Translations under genes and position numbers: made by a program
Assembly: GCF_001194135.2 (NCBI RefSeq)
Contig: NC_068999.1
Location: forward strand, 22,488,608-22,531,629
Source of the DNA: Octopus bimaculoides
Lineage: Eukaryota
DNA length: 43,022 nt
Direction: 5' to 3'
In this document: piece by piece, positions 32,933-43,022 of the stretch
How the letters are laid out: every line of letters starts with the position of its first letter
How positions within the stretch are numbered: the first letter of the stretch is position 1
Notes under the pieces: model-generated
Databases searched by the model: none
What the model was told of the DNA's origin: nothing
The model's input: only the letters and a program-made list of their open reading frames with translations

Positions 32933-34059
32933 AACAGAATGTAAATATTGATGAGGATATTCAACAGTGGATAGAATGTACCAGAACAACCTTTGGTTAT
33001 CTAAAGACATGTTTATGTGCTCTGAATTTATATCTGCCAAGCAATTTTTCTTCTAATTGTAGAGTTATAAATTGCTCTGCATTTTTAGTGTTATCTACAA
33101 GACAGTTTTTAATAGTAACCATAGTGTCCATATTAGACACTTTGTTTCAATACTATTTTTATTAGAATTATTAATAAAGATAATCCTTGTCAACCAAACT
33201 GCATTTAGTTTTGTCTTGTATTACATTTTAAAACCTGTTCTTTATTTTAAAATGTTTTTTCTAAAAGGAAAAAAAAAAGGCAATTTTCAAATAAGACTCG
33301 GATCAGAACTAAGAAGTTTGATTCCTTCTAACATATTCTAGAAAAGTAAGAAATCTTAAAAAATTGGGGTGGTGTGTGGAATCAGTAAGAAGTCTATTAA
33401 AACATTTCATTAAAGTAATCTAAATAAAATGAATTCCAATGATAACAGCATAAGATCCATGATAAATTTCAAATGTGACAACTTGTTGGCTAGGCTTTTC
33501 AGAATAAAGCAAACTGTATTATATTTTCATATAATACCCAAGTCCAAAATATCTAAGTATCAACAAAAGCAAAAGCCAAAAAGAAAAAAAAAAAAAAAAC
33601 TCTGACAAGATTTTGTTAAATAGGCATTTTGTTGGTTAAACTCACCAATTGCTTTGCTTTATGATATGTCTCTATACCTTACACTTTAAAACACTAATTG
33701 ACCCCACTTTCGAGTTGATAAAACAAGTAATTTTAACATACTGACTTTGTATCTAGCTGTTTAGATATAAAAAGAACTGTGAAATTCATGTATACACATA
33801 ACATACTAAGATATTGTTTCAATCAGTTATTTATACTATCAAATCTTGCTATATTTGTTAATTAGTCTTAATTAGAAATTGTACAATATAACCATTTGTT
33901 TCTAAAACTTTAGGAAATGTGACTTAAGCTTACAAATATGCTACAGTTTTTATCCACTTATTCGATATCTCAACTCACTTATTTTACACATTACAAACTT
34001 CTATGTTAACTCTACATTTCCTAGTGACACTTAATAGTCTATTTTGTTGTTGTGTAACC

Positions 34060-34125
34060 CTAGATCAGCCCCGATTGGGTAGACCTATGATCAAAAGATT
34101 TCCAGACATAACCATCTCACTTTTT
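34060..34125 (+). repeat. repeat family D fragment
   Basis: CCCTAGATCAGCCCCGATTGGGTAGACCTATGATCAAAAGATTTCCAG. Confidence 0.5.
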
Positions 34126-34479
34126 CTTATCTGCGAAGAACTCATTATCATTATATTCAATGTGTCTTTTTTTTTAAAGGATGTTATTTGGAGATTTGAT
34201 GGCCATTTCTGATAGATGTAACAACCAATAATAGCTATGGATCAAAGAATCCGCTGAAACTACCATAGTTCTTCCTGGGTGTTATCAACAAGTATAGGTG
34301 ATTGTGTCTGTCGTATAGAATATAATTTCTGTTATACATAGTTTCCCAGTTACATGTCTTTTATATTTCTGGCAATAACCCTTCCTTTCCTAGCTTTGCT
34401 GTGTTAACTTTCAAGCATACATATATACACAACAGTGCAGAACAATAAGGATAATCAGTCTGCTTCTGTTTTCTGCTAT

Positions 34480-34860
34480 CTATTTGATAGGCATACAATC
34501 CTTGCTGAAGGGTTTAGTTTTTCTTTTATAGCTGGAGAAACATGCAGTGTCCAATATCTTACTGGAAAGGCTTAAATAAGGGGGAGATTCCAGAGGGTTA
34601 TTTTTCTGAGAAGGAAGAACAAGGAATACTAATTGGGACAGGGCTCTGGAGTGGGGGAGGCTTGGGCACAACAAGGGTGACAGAAAGTAGGGAAATAACT
34701 GGGTAGATTGTTCCTGTGTGGAGGAGGTACAAGTCCAGCCAGCTCCAAGGAAAAGAGGTCATTATGGCAACATTAGAAAAGATAGAAGAGACAGTGCACT
34801 TGAGGGCCAGAGGCTGGAACATGATTTAAAGCCAATCAGTGGAGTGGCCCTTCTGGATTT
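34480..34860 (-). mobile_element. possible ancient PLE RT-proximal remnant
   Basis: WSWLDLYL and SQLVFLVLPSQKNNPL loosely resemble the PLE VVW.T.DYL and FY.LPKIHKP.NP motifs. Weak. Confidence 0.25.
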
Positions 34861-35597
34861 GGTCCAGGATGTCTTGCTTAGCAATCATAAGGTTCTGGGT
34901 TGAATCTCACTGCACGTTTCCTTTAACAAATGTCTTTGCCTATTACTTTGGCTCAACTTAAGCCTTTTGAATTAAACTGAGTTGGCAAAAATAAAAGGGT
35001 GGGGTGGGGGTGGGGGCGTAACTTATTCCATGAGTTGTAGTTGTTATTGAAAAGTCCAGTCTTGGTACACTGAGTTTATCTAAAGAAGATTACATTCAGG
35101 ATGCTCATGTTTGTGGAATACTCTGTTACCTATACTTCAATATAATGAGTGTTTTGTTCCACTGATCAAACAGGAAGATATATTTTCAAACTCAATGATA
35201 TTAGGTCTGCTATGGGAGTGGGGAAAAAGAGGAGGGAAAACTAGTGTTTGTTTTGCAGTTGCTTATTCCTCTTGACATTTAAGAAGCTATAATTACATCT
35301 AAAAGAGAAATGGGCCGAATTCTAGAGAAAAATAACCTTTATAACATTATTCAGTTGTTTAAGTAATTTAATTTAAATTAAACTACCTTCACATTCTCTC
35401 TGGCAAACTAACGTGCAACATCCTTATAATTTATGATGTAACATATGTGGAGAGCCTCCTATTGGTTAATATGCTAATTGGCATCTTAATGATATTGAAA
35501 ATGACTCGAATTTGTTGAGTCAGAAGCAGAAATGGCTATAATGTTAAGGTGCTTGACTAGAGTTCAAACATGTAAATCAATATACAATGATTGCTTA

Positions 35598-35795
35598 AAA
35601 TCACAAGGCCAGTAGTTTAGAAGGAAGGAAGTTAGTTGATTACATCACCTCTAGTATTTGACTGGTACTTTATTTTATTGACCTTGGAGGAAAGAAAAGC
35701 AAAGTTGACCCTAACAATCTAAATTCAGAATGTGAAGAACCAGAATGAAACCACAAAGTATTTTTCAATGTCTTAACAATTCTTTCAGCCAGCTG
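35598..35795 (-). mobile_element. decayed family A SINE
   Basis: CACAAGGCCAG...GACTGGTACTTTATTTTATTGACC...GCAAAGTTGACC. Confidence 0.7.
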
Positions 35796-37530
35796 CTCAA
35801 AAATAATTCATAATATTGTTTTATCCTTACAACATAATTATTTCTAGTTAAATTTCAATGGCTCTTACATTCAATATACCAAGACTAACACATACACTTA
35901 AGTGGACTTCTACTTAAGGTAGTGAGTTTCTTGAAGATATTTAATTAAAATTATACTCATTATGATGATAAATTATTGGTGTTAATCAATAACTTTTGTC
36001 AAGGAAAATAAGGGAGACAGCTCTAAAATCCAAATTAAAAATTAACATGGTAAGGCATGCAGTTGGAAATAAGTCAGATTTTAGGGAACTAAGAGGAGAA
36101 ACTATGAACATATTTCATTCTTTATTAGACATCGCAGAAAAGCATTATTGTGGATACTTACAAAATCCTAGATTTTTTTTACATAAAGCATTCACTTATA
36201 TGACAATTTAAAATACTGATGGGAAATTTTCCTAGTGATGTCTTTAACATGAAGAATATATTAAGTAGGGATTGATATAATGCAGGGAGCTATAGTTAGA
36301 AGTTTAAATTCTGACAGCTGTCAATGTGTGGATAAATGCATCCCTCCTAGCCTCATTTTGCAATATGGTTAGTAGTAGAAACATCTTCTCAACATGTAAT
36401 CTTTAAATTCCTTACAATAGAAGGAGATAAAAATAAAGATGTCTTAATATGCTTACATATTAGTTATGTTTAGAAATTTCCAGCTAAATGGTTAATTTTG
36501 TTTGCAGTTCATAAAATGAAATGTGGGGATTAAAAAAAAATGTTTACCTTGGAGCACTACTTGAAACTACTAGAAATTTTCAGTTCATTTTAGACATCAG
36601 AAACTAATTAGATTCCTTTTTTATTAATTCACAGCAGCTCTATGAACTGAAAATAATTTCTACCTCCTGTTGCTGACCATTAGTTTCACATCACATCTAC
36701 AATTGATAATATTTGTTGTGCTGTGCACTATAAATTACTTAGTTCTGCCTTTGTCTCCATCTCTTTCTCCCTCTCTTGTCTTATCTCTCTCTCCCCACTC
36801 TGTTTTTATTTTCCTTAGCCTTTATTTCTCTTCTTTTCTCTTTTTCTTTGTTTTGCTTCTTGCATTTCTTTCTTTTGCATAGCTTCCTACCTTTTATATA
36901 TTTTGCTTTTTCAGCTTTCTTTCCCAACCTGTTGTCACTTTTCTATTTTCCTCTTACTTTTTCCACTGAGCTTTATCTTCCATTTAAATTACTTTGCATG
37001 TTACAAATGGAATGGTATCTGGTTGAGAAGTGTCAATGTATGTATTTTAAAACCTGCCAACTAATAGAAAGAGGATGTTAAATCAACATTGATGACAATA
37101 CATTTAATAGCAGTCCTTTTAAATGCAACAGCCATTAAGTAATATTTCCTTTCCAAGTCAACAAAACCATCAGTTCAGATTTCTAATTGACCATATACTA
37201 CCGTTATACAAAATTTTGTATTTATGGAAGGATTTGTGCAAGTGACAAGTTGCTAGATATTGTTGAACACTGAATGAATCTAATTTCACAATTCTGGGTT
37301 CAAATCCTGCTAGGATCACATTTACTTTTAGTTGAATCTACTATATTCTATTTCTGGTGACTTGGTTTGGTGATACTCAAAAGAAATCAATTGAAAGTAT
37401 TTGTATTTTAATGAGTTTTCCTTAAGGATTATATATTGTATTTCTGCAATAACCTTGCAGTGTTATGTTTTGTTGCATTCTGTTAGAAAAATCAATAATT
37501 GCTGTACCTCAGCAATGTGCTTTGACAAGG

Positions 37531-37534
<4 letters not shown>

Positions 37535-37568
<34 letters not shown>
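37535..37568. repeat. (GA)n microsatellite
   Basis: Perfect GA run. Confidence 0.9.
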
Positions 37569-37573
<5 letters not shown>

Positions 37574-37822
37574 TTAGTATTATTTGCTCAGTAAAAGCAA
37601 AGTTAAACAAACATTTATCCAATATCATAACAAAGAATTTAGTTATAGCAGCTTCTTAGTGATGTAGGCTTTGAGTTAGCATATTGATTTGAACAACTGA
37701 TTACTTTTTTTTCATACTTTAGACATGCAGGAAACAATTCTGGATGTGTTTCAGCTATATTCTGATCTCCACAGTGTAACATTGCTTTTCTGTGTTTGCA
37801 CAAATGATCATAAATGAATTAC

Positions 37823-37886
37823 TGTGTGTAAATGTGTGTGTGTGTGTGTGTGTGTGCATGCGTATACACACACACATACACACACA
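37823..37886. repeat. (TG)n/(CA)n compound microsatellite
   Basis: (TG)n followed by (CA)n, self-complementary. Confidence 0.85.
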
Positions 37887-38234
37887 TGAAGAGGTGCTTA
37901 AAAGTTTCTGGCTTTGGGTAAAAGAAAATACTGGAGGACCAGTTAATTATGATTTTATTCAACATAATCTTCTCTCAGATTCACACACTTATTGCAGAAA
38001 ACCTTCAGTTTTGTTTTTTAAACATGTAAAAGAACTCGGAAAGTTGGGCCTCTAGCCAGAGCTTTTGCAATACTCTTAAAACCAAGAACATTTCAGCACC
38101 CACTTGTGTATGAAAGATTGCACATTATTGATGTAGAGAATATAATTGTTTAGAGATTGAATAATTCAGCATTTATATGATCTATGCATTAAATATATGA
38201 ACATCAACTTGCCTATTATATTTTGCATGGGTGG

Positions 38235-38460
38235 CTTTTGTTACATATCTATTCATGTGTGTGTGCGCACATACATTTTCTTATTTGTACAGGTATGCAC
38301 TCATACTCTTGTGCATGCACACATGTACTGGCACTATTGTTTGCATGCATGCACATTGTGGAACTATTGTCTGCATGTGCATGTGCTTTGCACTATTATC
38401 TATACACACATGTACCAGTATTTTTTTCTATATACACACATGCTAGCATTCTTCATACAT
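38235..38460. repeat. degenerate ~30-bp minisatellite rich in TGCA/CACA
   Basis: Recurring CACATG...CACTATT(G/A)T units. Confidence 0.5.
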
Positions 38461-38984
38461 ACAAGCTGTTCTAAAGTGAAACATTTGAGATATTTGAAGA
38501 ATTTTGTAAGGATTAATTAATATAAATAATGATTTCTTTGTTCTTGGGATTTTTTTTTTTGCAAATGGAAGAGTCCATATTTTAATCAATTATAATTTTG
38601 CATATTTGTTTATTCAGCTGTTTGACTCTTCCCAATTTGATACATTGGTTTCTTATAGCACACAGTATAAAGTATACATTTACGAAGTATCTATTTATTG
38701 CTGAATGGTTCAGGCCAGTAAAACCTAAGCATTTCAGAGAGGAAGTCTACAACTATATATTTCATTGATCTTGAAGGATGAAAGGTAAATTGGATTCATC
38801 TAGGATTTGATTAAACCAATACTGTAATGTATATATCCTGGTGATAACACTATATAATTTTATTGGCTTCCAATATTTCTGCATAACATACAACAAAAGC
38901 AACTTCAGACAATAAAGGATCTAAGTTCAAATACCTTTGATTGCCTTTCATCTTACAGGTTTCAATGAAATTTCACAAGTTATT

Positions 38985-39085
38985 TAACCCTAGGTCAGTT
39001 CTGATCAAATAGGCCTATCATTAAAGACAATCCAGCCATGCCTACCTTTTTATTTTCTCTGACAGTGGACTACATTATCTTAAGT
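38985..39085 (+). repeat. repeat family D fragment
   Basis: CCCTAGGTCAGTTCTGATCAAATAGGCCTATCATTAAAGACAATCCAGCCATG. Confidence 0.5.
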
Positions 39086-39664
39086 GTTCTTTTTGAGGTG
39101 GCATGGTATAGTTTGAGGGAGAATTGGTTGATATTTCTAATAGTTTGAGTGATCTCATAGAGGTTCATTGGTTTATAAATAGTATAATTACTATAGGATT
39201 ATGTTACTGTAATCAAGCTACTCTTTCTGCAACATCTTTGTTCTAAAGAGATGCATAATTACATAAAATCAAAAGAACTACCTGAAGGACATGTACATTA
39301 TAATGGGAGAGAAAGCATTAAAACAGAATAAGACTAGGGCCCTTACTGTAGTAAACAGGGATAAAGATATTTGTGTAAGAAGGCACTGTTCTCACAACTT
39401 TACTAGATTGGTACTTGTATTGATATATTTCTTTTATTTAACAGAGTGAAATCTCAATTTGAATCACAGCTGAAATCAACTCATTGAGAAAACAGAATAT
39501 CTAGCATGTATCTCTTAGGGAGGAGTTAAAACCATGTGCACAGCTGAACTGATGTCACATTATTCATTCAGCCTTGTTCATTGTACCGCGCGTGCGCGCG
39601 CGCGTGTGTGTATATGTATAAGGGAGAGAGAGAGAAATATTACTTTTGAATCCATCTCCGATAA

Positions 39665-39850
39665 AGGTTAGCCTTGATAGAACAGACCAATGAGCAAAGG
39701 CATTCTAGCCATGACCATCTATGTGCAGAGAACTCAGGACAATATTATCCAATGTTTTATTTTCCTTAAGGAGGGATTTGAGGGACATTTCATTGATTTT
39801 TATTTTTTTAGCATGATGACTACATTGTCGCTCCTTCAATATCTTGTCCA
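39665..39850 (+). repeat. repeat family D fragment
   Basis: CAGACCAATGAGCAAAGGCATTCTAGCCATGACC...ATTATCCAATG. Confidence 0.5.
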
Positions 39851-40129
39851 TATACTCATACACTTTATCAAGTTATAATTAGTTTCACTTTAAATTAAAA
39901 TATATATTTCATTTATATTACATGACTTATAATTGAAAATAATTTCTCAAATATACAGGAATCCTTCATTTAAAAGACAAAGAATTTGTGTGACCATGTT
40001 TTTCTTAAATACATTAAAAAAAAAAAAAAAAAAATTCAACTAGAAACAGAAAGAAAAAATACTAAAAGTTAAATCAGTTTTGTTGTAAGTTTACCACAGT
40101 GCACTGTTGCATCCTCTTGAGTTCTGAAT

Positions 40130-41030
40130 ATCATCATTGTCATCTTTTAGTATTGCATCTTGTATGGTGGCATGGGCTGGATGGTTTGACAGGATCTGAT
40201 GATGTATCAGAGGACTGCATCATGCCCCAGATGCTCTACCTAATGCCAACCTCTTTATAGAGTATACTAGGTGCCTCTTTGTAACACTAGGACTAGTGAT
40301 GTCACCATGTGAGACCGAGATATCTTTTGTCTGAGTTGGGCTTCTGTAGAGAGGGAGACAGTTTTGTTAGGACATGAAAAGTTATAATATGAAAGAAGGG
40401 ATCAAGACCAGGATAGGTTTCTTGCTGTAGAGGAGCTATACTGCTACTCATATTATAGCCGAGAGGGTGGAACTAATAAGGGTAGAACTGGAAAGATATG
40501 AAATAGTGATGATGAGGTATTAGAACCACCTTCAAGAGGAGTAGAAGTGAATGGGAATAGAAGTGGGAGTTTGGGTGGGTAGAAGTTGCGAAAGTGTTTG
40601 AGGAGAGTGAGAGAACATTAGACGAGGGAATGGGAGAAAGACTGAATATAATGAATAAAAAAAAAACTATATACTTTGGAGGGAAGGTAAAGTTTAGGTG
40701 ATGACTCTAGAGTTTGGGTAGGGTTAAGGAGTAGAGGCAGTGATATGTAGACAAAGGTGAAGGAGTGATCAATGATGCATAGGATTTGAGTGGAGGAGGG
40801 GAGAGTTGGTGATGACTGACAGTACAGGAAGGAGTGAAAGGCAGCAGAATAGTCATGACAATACAGGAGATAGAAGGATAAGAGAAAGGGTGACATGACC
40901 TGTGGGGCTGGGGTAGGTTTCCAGAGTGTGAGGGGAGAGGTAGACATAGTGCATGGGGAAAGTGAGGGATACATGATGGTGGAAAAGGACAGATAATTGG
41001 TGGCACAAATAATCAATGTTAAATATGAAG
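40130..41030 (-). mobile_element. decayed retroelement: RTE-type tail (40130-40290) plus upstream segment possibly derived from a PLE endonuclease linker
   Basis: The tail is homologous to 10255-10400. Upstream minus frames GNLPQPHRSCHPFSY and IIDHSFTF loosely resemble PLE GT.PC..RC..C.Y and I.DSFTC. Confidence 0.4.
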
Positions 41031-41249
41031 TGGGGGGAGGAACCGTATTAAGAATGAATGATGAATATCATGTGAAATTGTTTTCAGTATTAAGAAAATA
41101 ACTGGCTTCAGATAAAATGATGATGAAATATGTAGTTCTGTCTTTATTTAAATACAGAGGCTGAATATTGCAGTTGGGCAGGTGATAGAGGGGCCAGTGA
41201 TGGGGATGGCTTGAGGAAGTAATTGGATGAGGGGGCTCAGTTGTATGTG

Positions 41250-41310
41250 TGAGACGCACACGCACACGCACACGCGCGCGCACACATACACACGCACGCA
41301 CACACACACT
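41250..41310. repeat. (CA)n/(CG)n microsatellite
   Basis: gacgcacacgcacacgcacacgcgcgcgcacacatacacacgcacgcacacacacac. Confidence 0.8.
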
Positions 41311-41719
41311 GTGCCTCTAGAAACTCTATTGCTGAGATCTTGGGTACTGCATATAATCAACCACCAAGGTCTTTGTCATTTCCTACATGATGCTCAAGTT
41401 TCTGAGATCAACTTTCACTTTGTTGTCCGACATCTTTTCTACAGATAAGCCTGAATCTTATCAATGTTTTAAGAAAGAATTAACCAGTTTAACTTCAATT
41501 TCAGACAAATATAATTAAAATACCAAAGAGCTGATTTAAGTGTATTTACACCAGTTGTCTTCAGTGAAAAATTTTCTCCATGACAAAACAGTGAATGGCT
41601 TACTTATAAGTTTGAACATGCCACTGGCATATTCAAACTGGTGATAACATTGCATAAAATATATCTTTATTTCCTTCTTAATATTTCTGTAGTTAAAACA
41701 AAGGATATGATCACTTTTA

Positions 41720-42045
41720 GATAAATAAAAAATTTGAGAATCAACTATGATTTCAGTGATGTATTTAGCATGAAGGTAAGAGTTCAATGCTCAGTCATTA
41801 GACCTCTTCTGTTAATCATAGTCTTACAGGCCATCACAAACTTTTGGTCTGTCCATAGACTCCTATATGCTGAAGATTTAGTTCTCATAGCTATATCTAT
41901 AGTGGTATTAGAGAAGAAATTCTACACTTGGAAACTAAATTTAGAATTGAGAAACCTCAAGGTAAACTTAGCAAAAACTAGGGTTTTAGTAAGTAGGAAA
42001 GAAGACAGGACCCTGGTATCTTCAGGGAAACAGTTTTACTTGATA
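41720..42045 (+). mobile_element. RTE LINE RT fragment (in left arm of inverted duplication)
   Basis: SVIRPLLLIIVLQAIT...LLYAEDLVLIA...KVNLAKTRVLVS. Confidence 0.8.
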
Positions 42046-42199
42046 TTAAGTGATCAGCATATTTTTATATAGCTGTTCTCATCCATCTGCATCACTTATC
42101 TACACCAGCACAATCTTTCTTAAACATTATATTGGATTCCTTTTATGTCTAGTTTTTCTCTGCCTGTTTGTACTTTGTCATCCATGCACACTTACACTG

Positions 42200-42905
42200 T
42201 GCACCCAATAAAGTAATACTAGCTTAATTTCTTTCTAGCTCTTGCAAGTCCTCTGCATTCAAGGTCCAAATCTTACCATGCAGCATTGCAGCATCAAACA
42301 ATCTGCCCATCACTCTGAGGGAAAAGATCTTTTTTGCGAGCAGTTGTAGTAACTCTCTAAACCTTTTCCAATTTGTTTTTATCCTGGCTACTATACTTTT
42401 AGAGCAGCCATCTTCCTTGCTAATTATGTTACAAAAGCTACTGATATTACAAAATTCTGTTGTGCTCATAGTTTGTATTCTCTGGTGCATCTATCTTTCT
42501 CTGTAAGTCAGCCTGTGATTCCACTACACTACTTGTGTGTCCATAGCTTATGTTGGGTAAAATGTATGGAGCTTATACTCTTTTTTCACTTATCAAGTAA
42601 AACTGTTTCCCCGAAGATACCAGGGTCCTGTCTTCTTTCCTACTTACTAAAACCCTAGTTTTTGCTAAGTTTACCTTGAGGTTTCTCAATTCTAAATTTA
42701 GTTTCCAAGTGTAGAATTTCTTCTCTAATACCACTATAGATATAGCTATGAGAACTAAATCTTCAGCATATAGGAGTCTATGGACAGACCAAAAGTTTGT
42801 GATGGCCTGTAAGACTATGATTAACAGAAGAGGTCTAATGACTGAGCATTGAACTCTTACCTTCATGCTAAATACATCACTGAAATCATAGTTGATTCTC
42901 AAATT
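42200..42905 (-). mobile_element. RTE LINE fragment, RT plus downstream region
   Basis: Same RT peptide as the left arm, continuing into the spacer as DGCSKSIVARIKTNWKRFRELLQLL...GRLFDAAMLHG...ERN (RTE post-RT motif). Confidence 0.8.
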
Positions 42906-43022
42906 TTTTATTTATCTAAAAGTGATCATATCCTTTGTTTTAACTACAGAAATATTAAGAAGGAAATAAAGATATATTTTATGCAATGTTATCACCAGTT
43001 TGAATATGCCAGTGGCATGTTC

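Larger units (their letters stand above)
41614..43022. repeat. near-perfect inverted duplication: arms 41614-42045 and 42591-43022 (second arm truncated by window end)
   Basis: By-eye comparison gives 431 of 432 identical positions (single difference 42024/42612); 545-bp spacer. Confidence 0.9.

Overview
AT-rich, repeat-dense animal DNA with no intact protein-coding gene that I can recognise. It is intergenic or deep intronic. The SINE families and microsatellite load match what I recall of Octopus (coleoid cephalopod) genomes; this is a recollection, not a database hit. The window holds about 15 tRNA-derived SINE copies of three families, three decayed mariner transposons, several RTE-clade LINE fragments, two clear Penelope-like element (PLE) relics with GIY-YIG/RT motifs, microsatellites, and a near-perfect inverted duplication that runs off the right end. 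Most ORFs in the supplied track are microsatellite, antisense or relic artefacts. The main signals are small structured RNAs. (1) 17712-18208 is a TSD-bounded, head-to-head palindromic element: each arm has a tRNA-type Pol III promoter, a minimal dimer-type hammerhead ribozyme and a PLE-like tail. It is a candidate PLE-mobilised SINE/retrozyme. (2) 30671-31199 is a U6 snRNA copy (both ends present) joined at its U-tail to an RTE 5' UTR plus RTE 3' end. (3) 15698-16675 is a PLE whose inverted pLTRs both carry a hammerhead with an apparent U3-A8 core covariation. All alignments were made by eye.
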